DNA from: Eledone cirrhosa
Lineage: Eukaryota
DNA length: 64,000 bases
Direction of reading: 5' to 3'
NCBI GenBank assembly: GCA_964016885.1
Contig: CAXHJY010001342.1
Span: 1 to 64,000, forward strand
Below are positions 54,825-64,000 of the stretch, one piece after another. The position numbers and the translations under genes were made by a program. The notes below the pieces were generated by a model. That model saw only the letters and a program-made list of their open reading frames with translations, did no database searches and was not told where the DNA came from. How positions within the stretch are numbered: the first letter of the stretch is position 1; every line of letters starts with the position of its first letter.

Positions 54825-57800
54825 ATGACCTCACTCAGAATAGGCAGCATAAATGCGCGTGGCTTGGGGTCGTCATGGAAGCAGGGTCACCTGCTCAACG
54901 ACCTCAGGTCACTAAACATAGATGTAGTGGCCATCAGCGAGACCAGAATCTCCGAAGCACGGGCCTTCGCACCGATCTTCGGCGGCTACGATGTGTACGC
55001 ATCTCCCAGCCGTCCTGGATCGGGTGGAGGAGTTGCTGTGCTTTTTCGGAGAGGTTTGGATCTCGCCATACGGGCCATCTTCCTGGACCCAGAGGGTAAG
55101 CTGGTGGTGCTGGACGTGACCAGCGGAGACGGGCAAGCTTTCAGGCTAGTGGCCGTCTATGCCCCGACAGGAGCAGGGCGGCCTGATTTCTTCCGGCGTC
55201 TGGAGACCTTTCTTGGAACGTCCCGCTCTTTAGTGTTAGTGGGCGACTGGAACGGGATCTTAGATGCACGCTGGGACTGTGTGGGATTAGCGGATAGGGG
55301 TGGAGGGTGCAAGAGCCTCACCAACCTGCTCAGGCGTTTTGAACTGTCTGACAGGTACCGATTGGATTTCCCGAATGTGCCAATGTGGACTTGGACAAAC
55401 CGCATAGGGTCATCCAGATCATATCTAGATAGAGTATTTTGTAGGGAAATAGATAGGTCTAGCATAGGCTGTCCACAATTCAAGATAGTCAGCTACACGG
55501 ACCACAAATTCGTGATCTGTGTGCTTGACTTAGATAGGCTTCATAGACGAGGACCCGGCTACTGGAAGCTAAACGCGTCCTTACCAGCGCGCAAGGCCTA
55601 CAGAGACCGGATTAGCGAACTAGTTAAGCGGGCGTTGACGGGGGCCATCGTCAACAACAAGTGGTGGTTTGCTCTGAAAAGAGCGATTAGAATAGAATCG
55701 ATTAGGTTTAGTAAGGCTTTAACAATAGAGAAAAATAGAGCAGAGGGAGAACTAGTTAGAAAATTAGACGAGGCGCTTAGCAAAGGCATTGCGACCGACG
55801 TGCTTGCGGCGAAATTGGCCCTTGACCAATTCTTCAATGCAAAGCACGAAGGCTGCGTTGTCAGAGCTAGGGTGCGTGCTCTCAGACACGAGGGGACGAA
55901 AGCCGTTCAATGGGCCCGAGTGGCGGAGGCGCGTCGTGGCAACAAAGCCACGATCCGGTCTTTGGTGGACCACGACGGGCGCATGCTACTCGATCCCGGG
56001 CAAATGTGTGAAGCTTTTCAGCGACACTTCGCTCAGCTGTTCGGGGGCAGCGGGGGGCCGGGTAGAGGGATGGACTTTAGTGTCTACCTCGACGGACTGC
56101 CGCGGCTCTCGGCCACTGAGGCGAAGTGTTGCGAAAAGCCGATAACAGCCGCTGAAGTACGGGAGGCAATGACTGGCTGCACAAGGGGTAAATCGCCTGG
56201 TTTGGATGGTCTGCCCTATGAACTTTACGTACAGATGCCAGACTTGTTCGGAGGCCTCTTGGCGGACGTCTACTGCAACTGGCAACAGAACGGGAGAATT
56301 CCCAGTTCTGTGAGCCGAGGAGCGGTGGCACTGCTGAGAAAGGATCCGAACAAGGGGGATAACATAGACAATTTCCGGCCCATAACTCTGCTAAACACAG
56401 AGTTTAAGATTTTGGCCAAGGTGCTAGCAAAGAGGTTGGCGCTTGTCGTTGGTGGTCTGGTGGGAGAGGCGCAGACATGCGCCATTCCCGACAGATCCAT
56501 CCACGACAACCTCCACCTCATGCGATACATCGTAGAGAGGGTAGCTAGGGAACCTGGCACGGGTGGGTCCTTGATCAATTTAGATCAGTCGAAAGCTTTC
56601 GATAGGGTCGACCATCGTTACCTAGCGGCAGTCCTGAGGGCGGCTGGCTTTGGGCCCGTCTTCAGAGGCTGGATCGCTGCCATGCACAGCGACATCTGCT
56701 CTGTGGTGAGAGTGAACGGTCACCTGTCGGAACCGTTCAACATCATGCGCTCGGTCCGCCAAGGATGTCCCCTCTCGTCCCTCTTGTACGTATTGACTCT
56801 CGAGCCATTACTGCACAAACTGGAGACGTTGAGGGGAGTCCCGCGCGAACTAGGATGCGGAAGATCCGTGTCAGCATATGCGGACGATGTCACCGTAGTG
56901 GTGTCGAACGCCAAACACATCGAGGCGATCGGCACTACACTAAGAGAATACGAAGCGGTGACAGGAGCAATGATCAACCAGGAAAAGTCAGTGGGCCTGC
57001 AGCTCGGCACCTGGAGAGGCAGGTCCATGCCGTCCAACAGCGTCGTCGGGCGCTGGACGGACGGACCGGTTAAATTGCTAGGGGTCTGGTTCGGTCCGGA
57101 CCTCCAGACGGACAAAAACTGGGACGAGGTGACGAGCAGGGTGGCTTCTCTCACCCAGAAATGGGCGGAGAGGAAGCTATCCCTGAAAGGTCGAGCGGAG
57201 GTGGCTAACGCGTACATCGCGTCTGTCATCTGCTACCGCCTAACCGTCGTACCTTGTCCTAAGCCTCGCCTGACTGCGCTGGAGCGTTTGCTCTTTCGCT
57301 TTTTGTGGAAGGGACGTGCTCCGATGGTCAGGCGGTCCATCTGTTGTCAACACCCGCTACGTGGAGGGCTGGGCATGCCGTGGCTGATGATGCGCAGGCA
57401 CGCGCTCAGGCTACGACATCTCCACCTCTTCCTCGACGGTGATCAGGTGTGGTCGCCGTTTGCTAGACGCGTTTTTCCCCAGCTCGTTTCCTTGACGGAG
57501 CTGCAGTCCTGGGTCAAGCGAAGACCGAGAGGGAGCGCCTGGAGACTGGAATGTCTTCAGGCGCTCACAGCCCTCGACCAATCGGGCAATGTGATCGGTG
57601 GAAACTCCACCTCGGCGTTCTATAGAGGATTAGTGGAGGGGAAGAGCGACGACGTACTTGGGGAAACTCTAGGCGTCGACGAAAATCAACTAGCCAATCT
57701 CTTCGGAAGAACTTTCGGGCCAGGGCCTATGGACAACTTCCAGAAATCTCTGGCCTGGCAGTGCTACCGAGGAGCCTTGCCAGTTCGGGATAAACTCTAC

Positions 57801-58244
57801 AGGCATGGAGGTGCCGTCAGCCGGGCATGTCCGAGATGCGCGCAGGGCGACGAAACCGTCCTGCACGCACTCGTCCAGTGTCCGAAAATTGCTGACTTGT
57901 GGGTTTATGTCGAACACCTGCTGTCGCGTTTAGGACGGATCCAGCTATCATCTGAGTCCATCGTGAGGATTGCCCCGCCCTCCTCCTTTAGCCGGGAAGG
58001 GCAGGCAGTTTTTATCTGTCTGGTGGCCATGGCGAAAGAGATAGTATGGTGGACACGTTTGAAAGGGCTGAAGACGAGCACTTACCTCTTCGGTGATGCT
58101 CTGATTGACTTTTTCAAATTTCATTTGAAAAGGAAAATCAGAGTAGAGAGGGAAGTGCTCTCTTCCCAGCATTTTGTTGAAAGATGGGTGAGAGAAGCAA
58201 GAATGGCCCGAGTGAATGGGCCGACTCTGAGTATATATCTGTAA
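54825..58244 (+). CDS. ORF2 polyprotein: APE endonuclease, reverse transcriptase, C-terminal zinc finger (1139 aa)
   Basis: SINARG, SET, GDWN, YLDR, TDH; GYWKLN; KSPGLDG; FRPITLLN; DQSKAFDRVDH; VRQGCPLS; YADD; CPRC..ETVLHALVQC. Confidence 0.97.
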   Translation: MTSLRIGSINARGLGSSWKQGHLLNDLRSLNIDVVAISETRISEARAFAPIFGGYDVYASPSRPGSGGGVAVLFRRGLDLAIRAIFLDPEGKLVVLDVTSGDGQAFRLVAVYAPTGAGRPDFFRRLETFLGTSRSLVLVGDWNGILDARWDCVGLADRGGGCKSLTNLLRRFELSDRYRLDFPNVPMWTWTNRIGSSRSYLDRVFCREIDRSSIGCPQFKIVSYTDHKFVICVLDLDRLHRRGPGYWKLNASLPARKAYRDRISELVKRALTGAIVNNKWWFALKRAIRIESIRFSKALTIEKNRAEGELVRKLDEALSKGIATDVLAAKLALDQFFNAKHEGCVVRARVRALRHEGTKAVQWARVAEARRGNKATIRSLVDHDGRMLLDPGQMCEAFQRHFAQLFGGSGGPGRGMDFSVYLDGLPRLSATEAKCCEKPITAAEVREAMTGCTRGKSPGLDGLPYELYVQMPDLFGGLLADVYCNWQQNGRIPSSVSRGAVALLRKDPNKGDNIDNFRPITLLNTEFKILAKVLAKRLALVVGGLVGEAQTCAIPDRSIHDNLHLMRYIVERVAREPGTGGSLINLDQSKAFDRVDHRYLAAVLRAAGFGPVFRGWIAAMHSDICSVVRVNGHLSEPFNIMRSVRQGCPLSSLLYVLTLEPLLHKLETLRGVPRELGCGRSVSAYADDVTVVVSNAKHIEAIGTTLREYEAVTGAMINQEKSVGLQLGTWRGRSMPSNSVVGRWTDGPVKLLGVWFGPDLQTDKNWDEVTSRVASLTQKWAERKLSLKGRAEVANAYIASVICYRLTVVPCPKPRLTALERLLFRFLWKGRAPMVRRSICCQHPLRGGLGMPWLMMRRHALRLRHLHLFLDGDQVWSPFARRVFPQLVSLTELQSWVKRRPRGSAWRLECLQALTALDQSGNVIGGNSTSAFYRGLVEGKSDDVLGETLGVDENQLANLFGRTFGPGPMDNFQKSLAWQCYRGALPVRDKLYRHGGAVSRACPRCAQGDETVLHALVQCPKIADLWVYVEHLLSRLGRIQLSSESIVRIAPPSSFSREGQAVFICLVAMAKEIVWWTRLKGLKTSTYLFGDALIDFFKFHLKRKIRVEREVLSSQHFVERWVREARMARVNGPTLSIYL

Positions 58245-58504
58245 ACTAAAGGTGGAAAACTGGGAGAGGGCACTTGCCTTGGTGGTCAGGGTCATTGTGG
58301 CTTTTTACTGGGCTTTCTCCACAAATGTCCCTCCGAAGTCTCCCCCCTATTGGGGAATTTTTCATTGTTATTTTCATTGTTATTTTTGTTACATCCTCTG
58401 TTTTTGTTTTTTTACACGCAGAAATGCCCATTTGTACCGTCCTGCATTGTCCTGCACTGTCCTTAATGTCTACTTTATGTAAACCCTTGTGGTTAATAAA
58501 GAAA

Positions 58505-58506
<2 letters not shown>

Positions 58507-58590
<84 letters not shown>
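58507..58590. repeat. (ATT)28 tail between the two copies
   Basis: Starts 6 nt after AATAAA. Confidence 0.95.
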
Positions 58591-58803
58591 GAATGCCATG
58601 GTTGACGGAGGCTCGGCTCTGTAAGGTATAGTAATTTTTAACCGTTAAAACAATTGTAAATTGTTTAAAACTTGAACCAAATTGTTGATAAAGACACCCT
58701 CCTCCTCGTGAGAGGGGTCTTTCTGTCCATTATTTGGCCCTTCGGGGTTAAATAACCAGTTATTGGGGTTTTGTACCCAAAATTTCATTTTAAACAAAAA
58801 AAC
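58591..58803 (+). promoter_or_regulatory. Putative full 5'UTR of copy 2, highly structured
   Basis: Hairpins 58690-58722, 58730-58755 (cUUCGg) and 58763-58780; closing helix 58662-58670/58788-58796. Confidence 0.5.
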
Positions 58804-60900
58804 ATGGCTACCAAAAAGAAATTTCATACGTCACTCCCACTCATTCCGTCTTCTTCTTCCTCAATCATCACTACAGCAGAGAGAAGATTGTCTCTCTCCC
58901 TCCCTTCTTTAAATGTGTCTCTCTCCCTCCCTTCTCTTTCGCAAGCGGCGAAAGAAAAGAAAAGTCTCGTGCAAAGCGTGCAAGGTTTCTCCACGACGAC
59001 GACGACAGCGACGAAACAGGTGTGCGGGAAACACGAAAACCCAGTTCATTCGTCTGACGTCAGGAATAATAGCAGTAGCAGCCGTAATAACAACAGCAAC
59101 AGTGACAATGAAAACAACAGTAGCAGCCGCAACAGCATCACCAGCAGCATAAACAACAACAGCATTAGCAGCAGCAACACCAACAACAACCACAGCAACA
59201 GCGGCGGAGGCAGTAGTCGTAGTACCTGCAGCAACAACAAAAGTACCAGCAGCTCTGACGACAACAACAACAGCAGAGAAAAACCAATCTCATTTGCAGG
59301 TATTGCGAAAAATTTGGAAACAATCCTCATAACAAATGAGGAATTAGAGGAAGCGAAGAAGATGGTGACAAAGAACGGACACCGAGCAATCTGCAAGGCA
59401 GCGAAAAGTTTTTTCGAAACCCAAGAGCACTGTACGGTCACGTACCGTACAGTAAGTACAAAATCCCGTAGGGTGGAAAGAGCCACAGAGGCCCAAATAC
59501 AAAAAGCCTTGGGGTCTGTGTGGCAGAGGAAAACGCACATCACCCGAGGCAAAAAATACGCCACCGTAGACGTACTTTTTGCCACACCCCAGGAGGCAAA
59601 GGTCCAATCAGTAGTGACCCTAAGGAGCGAGGAAATGGTGTTGGTGCCCTCCTACTGCGGGCAAAAAATTGTGAGGGTCAAACTGACCCACGTCCCCCCC
59701 GGAATGACCCCTTCTTGGCTGGCCGCGTCTGTCCTCGTCGGAATCGAGGACAAAACAACTGTACTGCAAGTACAGAAAAAAGTAAGAGAAGATTGGGTCG
59801 GCTCCTCCATTGAGATGCTAATCCAAACCAACCAGGAGTGCATCGAAGCTATCCCGGATGTGATAGACTTCGATAACGGCACTCAACTGCCCATAAGTGT
59901 TGAGGGCAAACGCCCGAAATGCTTTCGCTGTGGATCGAAGACTCACCTCAGGGCCTTCTGCAACGAGAAGACCCTGAGAAAGGAGAAAACCCCCCTCCTT
60001 CCGAATCCGGCTCCACGGCTACCAGCAACAGGACAAGCGGCAACCAGGAACGATAGGTCCGTGGCACCCATACCCACTCCACGGAAATCAAAGACAGCAG
60101 CAGCAGTGGAAATATTAACAACAACAACAGCAATACCAAATGCAGCTGCAACAGAGACTCCAGTGCAAACATCACCAACAACAACAAGTGAAAGAGTGGA
60201 GCTGGTACCCCTCCCCGACCTTACAGAATCAGACATGGAGTGTGAGGTGGGAGAGGGATGGCAAAAGGTCTCAAGAAGGCACAAACGCAGAAGCAGCGCA
60301 TCGTCGCCTTTGAAAAGGGAGGAAAGAAATGAGAAAAGGGTAAAGTCTACTGCAAAGAGACCCACAGCAGCAACACCACCAACACCATCACCACCCACAC
60401 CAGCACCACCATCACCACCGGCGACAACCCCACCGCCAACAACACCTTCAACACCACCACCACAAGCACCAACATCGCAAACACAACAACAAAACACACA
60501 CACCCAGCAACAACGACAAGAAAATAGCAGAACCACACCCCACCCCCAGAAAAACAAATGCACGGCAATAAACACACACAACAAGAAACTAATGACTTAC
60601 ATAATTGAACACACAGACATTTCACAACAGGACTACATAATACCAGCACCAATCAAAACGCCAACTAACATAAGACTGCTAAAAATAGCACAGAAACAAT
60701 ACACAAACATTAAAACGAAATTCCCCAACGCAGTTGGTGATTTCAGGGACCTAGGAGGAACCATCAATCGAAGAGTATATTCAGACATTCTCTTAGAAGA
60801 GCCGACGACCAGCCGAAGGGACGATTCAACGGTCCCTTCACCAGACGATCAAGTGAAAAGGGATGTAAAAACCATCCCTCCTCTACCAAAAGTACGGTAA
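58804..60900 (+). CDS. ORF1, copy 2
   Basis: Translation identical to copy 1. Confidence 0.9.
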   Translation: MATKKKFHTSLPLIPSSSSSIITTAERRLSLSLPSLNVSLSLPSLSQAAKEKKSLVQSVQGFSTTTTTATKQVCGKHENPVHSSDVRNNSSSSRNNNSNSDNENNSSSRNSITSSINNNSISSSNTNNNHSNSGGGSSRSTCSNNKSTSSSDDNNNSREKPISFAGIAKNLETILITNEELEEAKKMVTKNGHRAICKAAKSFFETQEHCTVTYRTVSTKSRRVERATEAQIQKALGSVWQRKTHITRGKKYATVDVLFATPQEAKVQSVVTLRSEEMVLVPSYCGQKIVRVKLTHVPPGMTPSWLAASVLVGIEDKTTVLQVQKKVREDWVGSSIEMLIQTNQECIEAIPDVIDFDNGTQLPISVEGKRPKCFRCGSKTHLRAFCNEKTLRKEKTPLLPNPAPRLPATGQAATRNDRSVAPIPTPRKSKTAAAVEILTTTTAIPNAAATETPVQTSPTTTSERVELVPLPDLTESDMECEVGEGWQKVSRRHKRRSSASSPLKREERNEKRVKSTAKRPTAATPPTPSPPTPAPPSPPATTPPPTTPSTPPPQAPTSQTQQQNTHTQQQRQENSRTTPHPQKNKCTAINTHNKKLMTYIIEHTDISQQDYIIPAPIKTPTNIRLLKIAQKQYTNIKTKFPNAVGDFRDLGGTINRRVYSDILLEEPTTSRRDDSTVPSPDDQVKRDVKTIPPLPKVR

Positions 60901-60935
60901 GTGGTCTTTCCCATCTTTTCCACTCTATTTTAAAC

Positions 60936-63900
60936 ATGACCTCACTCAGAATAGGCAGCATAAATGCGCGTGGCTTGGGGTCGTCATGGAAGCAGGGTCA
61001 CCTGCTCAACGACCTCAGGTCACTAAACATAGATGTAGTGGCCATCAGCGAGACCAGAATCTCCGAAGCACGGGCCTTCGCACCGATCTTCGGCGGCTAC
61101 GATGTGTACGCATCTCCCAGCCGTCCTGGATCGGGTGGAGGAGTTGCTGTGCTTTTTCGGAGAGGTTTGGATCTCGCCATACGGGCCATCTTCCTGGACC
61201 CAGAGGGTAAGCTGGTGGTGCTGGACGTGACCAGCGGAGACGGGCAAGCTTTCAGGCTAGTGGCCGTCTATGCCCCGACAGGAGCAGGGCGGCCTGATTT
61301 CTTCCGGCGTCTGGAGACCTTTCTTGGAACGTCCCGCTCTTTAGTGTTAGTGGGCGACTGGAACGGGATCTTAGATGCACGCTGGGACTGTGTGGGATTA
61401 GCGGATAGGGGTGGAGGGTGCAAGAGCCTCACCAACCTGCTCAGGCGTTTTGAACTGTCTGACAGGTACCGATTGGATTTCCCGAATGTGCCAATGTGGA
61501 CTTGGACAAACCGCATAGGGTCATCCAGATCATATCTAGATAGAGTATTTTGTAGGGAAATAGATAGGTCTAGCATAGGCTGTCCACAATTCAAGATAGT
61601 CAGCTACACGGACCACAAATTCGTGACCTGTGTGCTTGACTTAGATAGGCTTCATAGACGAGGACCCGGCTACTGGAAGCTAAACACGTCCTTACCAGCG
61701 CGCAAGGCCTACAGAGACCGGATTAGCGAACTAGTTAAGCGGGCGTTGACGGGGGCCATCGTCAACAACAAGTGGTGGTTTGCTCTGAAAAGAGCGATTA
61801 GAATAGAATCGATTAGGTTTAGTAAGGCTTTAGCAATAGAGAAAAATAGAGCAGAGGGAGAACTAGTTAGAAAATTAGACGAGGCGCTTAGCAAAGGCAT
61901 TGCGACCGACGTGCTTGCGGCGAAATTGGCCCTTGACCAATTCTTCAATGCAAAGCACGAAGGCTGCGTTGTCAGAGCTAGGGTGCGTGCTCTCAGACAC
62001 GAGGGGACGAAAGCCGTTCAATGGGCCCGAGTGGCGGAGGCGCGTCGTGGCAACAAAGCCACGATCCGGTCTTTGGTGGACCACGACGGGCGCATGCTAC
62101 TCGATCCCGGGCAAATGTGTGAAGCTTTTCAGCGACACTTCGCTCAGCTGTTCGGGGGCAGCGGGGGGCCGGGTAGAGGGATGGACTTTAGTGTCTACCT
62201 CGACGGACTGCCGCGGCTCTCGGCCACTGAGGCGAAGTGTTGCGAAAAGCCGATAACAGCCGCTGAAGTACGGGAGGCAATGACTGGCTGCACAAGGGGT
62301 AAATCGCCTGGTTTGGATGGTCTGCCCTATGAACTTTACGTACAGATGCCAGACTTGTTCGGAGGCCTCTTGGCGGACGTCTACTGCAACTGGCAACAGA
62401 ACGGGAGAATTCCCAGTTCTGTGAGCCGAGGAGCGGTGGCACTGCTGAGAAAGGATCCGAACAAGGGGGATAACATAGACAATTTCCGGCCCATAACTCT
62501 GCTAAACACAGAGTTTAAGATTTTGGCCAAGGTGCTAGCAAAGAGGTTGGCGCTTGTCGTTGGTGGTCTGGTGGGAGAGGCGCAGACATGCGCCATTCCC
62601 GACAGATCCATCCACGACAACCTCCACCTCATGCGATACATCGTAGAGAGGGTAGCTAGGGAACCTGGCACGGGTGGGTCCTTGATCAATTTAGATCAGT
62701 CGAAAGCTTTCGATAGGGTCGACCATCGTTACCTAGCGGCAGTCCTGAGGGCGGCTGGCTTTGGGCCCGTCTTCAGAGGCTGGATCGCTGCCATGCACAG
62801 CGACATCTGCTCTGTGGTGAGAGTGAACGGTCACCTGTCGGAACCGTTCAACATCATGCGCTCGGTCCGCCAAGGATGTCCCCTCTCGTCCCTCTTGTAC
62901 GTATTGACTCTCGAGCCATTACTGCACAAACTGGAGACGTTGAGGGGAGTCCCGCGCGAACTAGGATGCGGAAGATCCGTGTCAGCATATGCGGACGATG
63001 TCACCGTAGTGGTGTCGAACGCCAAACACATCGAGGCGATCGGCACTACACTAAGAGAATACGAAGCGGTGACAGGAGCAATGATCAACCAGGAAAAGTC
63101 AGTGGGCCTGCAGCTCGGCACCTGGAGAGGCAGGTCCATGCCGTCCAACAGCGTCGTCGGGCGCTGGACGGACGGACCGGTTAAATTGCTAGGGGTCTGG
63201 TTCGGTCCGGACCTCCAGACGGACAAAAACTGGGACGAGGTGACGAGCAGGGTGGCTTCTCTCACCCAGAAATGGGCGGAGAGGAAGCTATCCCTGAAAG
63301 GTCGAGCGGAGGTGGCTAACGCGTACATCGCGTCTGTCATCTGCTACCGCCTAACCGTCGTACCTTGTCCTAAGCCTCGCCTGACTGCGCTGGAGCGTTT
63401 GCTCTTTCGCTTTTTGTGGAAGGGACGTGCTCCGATGGTCAGGCGGTCCATCTGTTGTCAACACCCGCTACGTGGAGGGCTGGGCATGCCGTGGCTGATG
63501 ATGCGCAGGCACGCGCTCAGGCTACGACATCTCCACCTCTTCCTCGACGGTGATCAGGTGTGGTCGCCGTTTGCTAGACGCGTTTTTCCCCAGCTCGTTT
63601 CCTTGACGGAGCTGCAGTCCTGGGTCAAGCGAAGACCGAGAGGGAGCGCCTGGAGACTGGAATGTCTTCAGGCGCTCACAGCCCTCGACCAATCGGGCAA
63701 TGTGATCGGTGGAAACTCCACCTCGGCGTTCTATAGAGGATTAGTGGAGGGGAAGAGCGACGACGTACTTGGGGAAACTCTAGGCGTCGACGAAAATCAA
63801 CTAGCCAATCTCTTCGGAAGAACTTTCGGGCCGGGGCCTATGGACAACTTCCAGAAATCTCTGGCCTGGCAGTGCTACCGAGGAGCCTTGCCAGTTCGGG

Positions 63901-64000
63901 ATAAACTCTACAGGCATGGAGGTGCCGTCAGCCGGGCATGTCCGAGATGCGCGCAGGGCGACGAAACCGTCCTGCACGCACTCGTCCAGTGTCCGAAAAT
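60936..64000 (+). CDS. ORF2 (APE-RT), copy 2, 3'-partial
   Basis: Same sequence as 54825 onward at +6111; open to the window edge. Confidence 0.93.
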   Translation, partial: MTSLRIGSINARGLGSSWKQGHLLNDLRSLNIDVVAISETRISEARAFAPIFGGYDVYASPSRPGSGGGVAVLFRRGLDLAIRAIFLDPEGKLVVLDVTSGDGQAFRLVAVYAPTGAGRPDFFRRLETFLGTSRSLVLVGDWNGILDARWDCVGLADRGGGCKSLTNLLRRFELSDRYRLDFPNVPMWTWTNRIGSSRSYLDRVFCREIDRSSIGCPQFKIVSYTDHKFVTCVLDLDRLHRRGPGYWKLNTSLPARKAYRDRISELVKRALTGAIVNNKWWFALKRAIRIESIRFSKALAIEKNRAEGELVRKLDEALSKGIATDVLAAKLALDQFFNAKHEGCVVRARVRALRHEGTKAVQWARVAEARRGNKATIRSLVDHDGRMLLDPGQMCEAFQRHFAQLFGGSGGPGRGMDFSVYLDGLPRLSATEAKCCEKPITAAEVREAMTGCTRGKSPGLDGLPYELYVQMPDLFGGLLADVYCNWQQNGRIPSSVSRGAVALLRKDPNKGDNIDNFRPITLLNTEFKILAKVLAKRLALVVGGLVGEAQTCAIPDRSIHDNLHLMRYIVERVAREPGTGGSLINLDQSKAFDRVDHRYLAAVLRAAGFGPVFRGWIAAMHSDICSVVRVNGHLSEPFNIMRSVRQGCPLSSLLYVLTLEPLLHKLETLRGVPRELGCGRSVSAYADDVTVVVSNAKHIEAIGTTLREYEAVTGAMINQEKSVGLQLGTWRGRSMPSNSVVGRWTDGPVKLLGVWFGPDLQTDKNWDEVTSRVASLTQKWAERKLSLKGRAEVANAYIASVICYRLTVVPCPKPRLTALERLLFRFLWKGRAPMVRRSICCQHPLRGGLGMPWLMMRRHALRLRHLHLFLDGDQVWSPFARRVFPQLVSLTELQSWVKRRPRGSAWRLECLQALTALDQSGNVIGGNSTSAFYRGLVEGKSDDVLGETLGVDENQLANLFGRTFGPGPMDNFQKSLAWQCYRGALPVRDKLYRHGGAVSRACPRCAQGDETVLHALVQCPK

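Larger units (their letters stand above)
52615..58590 (+). mobile_element. Tx1/L1-clade non-LTR retrotransposon, copy 1 (both ORFs intact; lacks ~135 bp present upstream of copy 2)
   Basis: ORF1 plus ORF2, 3'UTR, AATAAA at 58495, (ATT)28 tail. Confidence 0.95.
58591..64000 (+). mobile_element. Tx1/L1-clade retrotransposon, copy 2 (runs off the window)
   Basis: Matches copy 1 at offset 6111 apart from 4 substitutions spotted by eye. Confidence 0.95.

Noticed and set aside
58615-58645. Spliced-leader or snRNA-like AAG|GTATAG plus AATTTTTA as a Tx1 target gene
   Set aside because: Weak donor, imperfect Sm site and no recognisable snRNA sequence. The upstream ATGs do not splice in frame to ORF2.
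58690-58760. HDV-like ribozyme suggested by CCTCCTCGTG in the 5'UTR
   Set aside because: I could not build P1, P1.1, P2 or the J4/2 catalytic C; a simple hairpin explains the sequence
52798-63340. Antisense and alternate-frame ORFs inside the Tx1 copies
   Set aside because: Expected shadow ORFs of GC-richer coding DNA; identical in both copies only because the copies are near-identical

Overview
Eukaryotic, AT-rich, repeat-dominated window with no recognisable host gene. The microsatellite load and SINE types suggest a cephalopod (octopus-like) genome; this is an inference. The main coding content is a head-to-tail pair of near-identical, intact L1/Tx1-type non-LTR retrotransposons (period 6111 bp, ~52615 to beyond 64000). 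Each has a CCHC-knuckle ORF1 and an APE-RT-zinc finger ORF2. Older, decayed relatives form a second head-to-tail chain at 14.9-18.3 kb inside (TATC)n tracts. In both the young and the old lineage the ORF1 stop codon sits inside a perfect GTRAGT splice donor, and splicing to the first downstream AG would fuse ORF1 to ORF2 in frame. The window also holds a Penelope-like GIY-YIG fragment and several (TA)n-embedded fold-back elements with minimal or variant hammerhead ribozyme cores. Other content includes RTE-like and other LINE 3' ends, many tRNA-type SINEs, a pogo-like MITE and large microsatellites. Most ORFs in the supplied track are microsatellite artefacts. All alignments and folds were done by eye.
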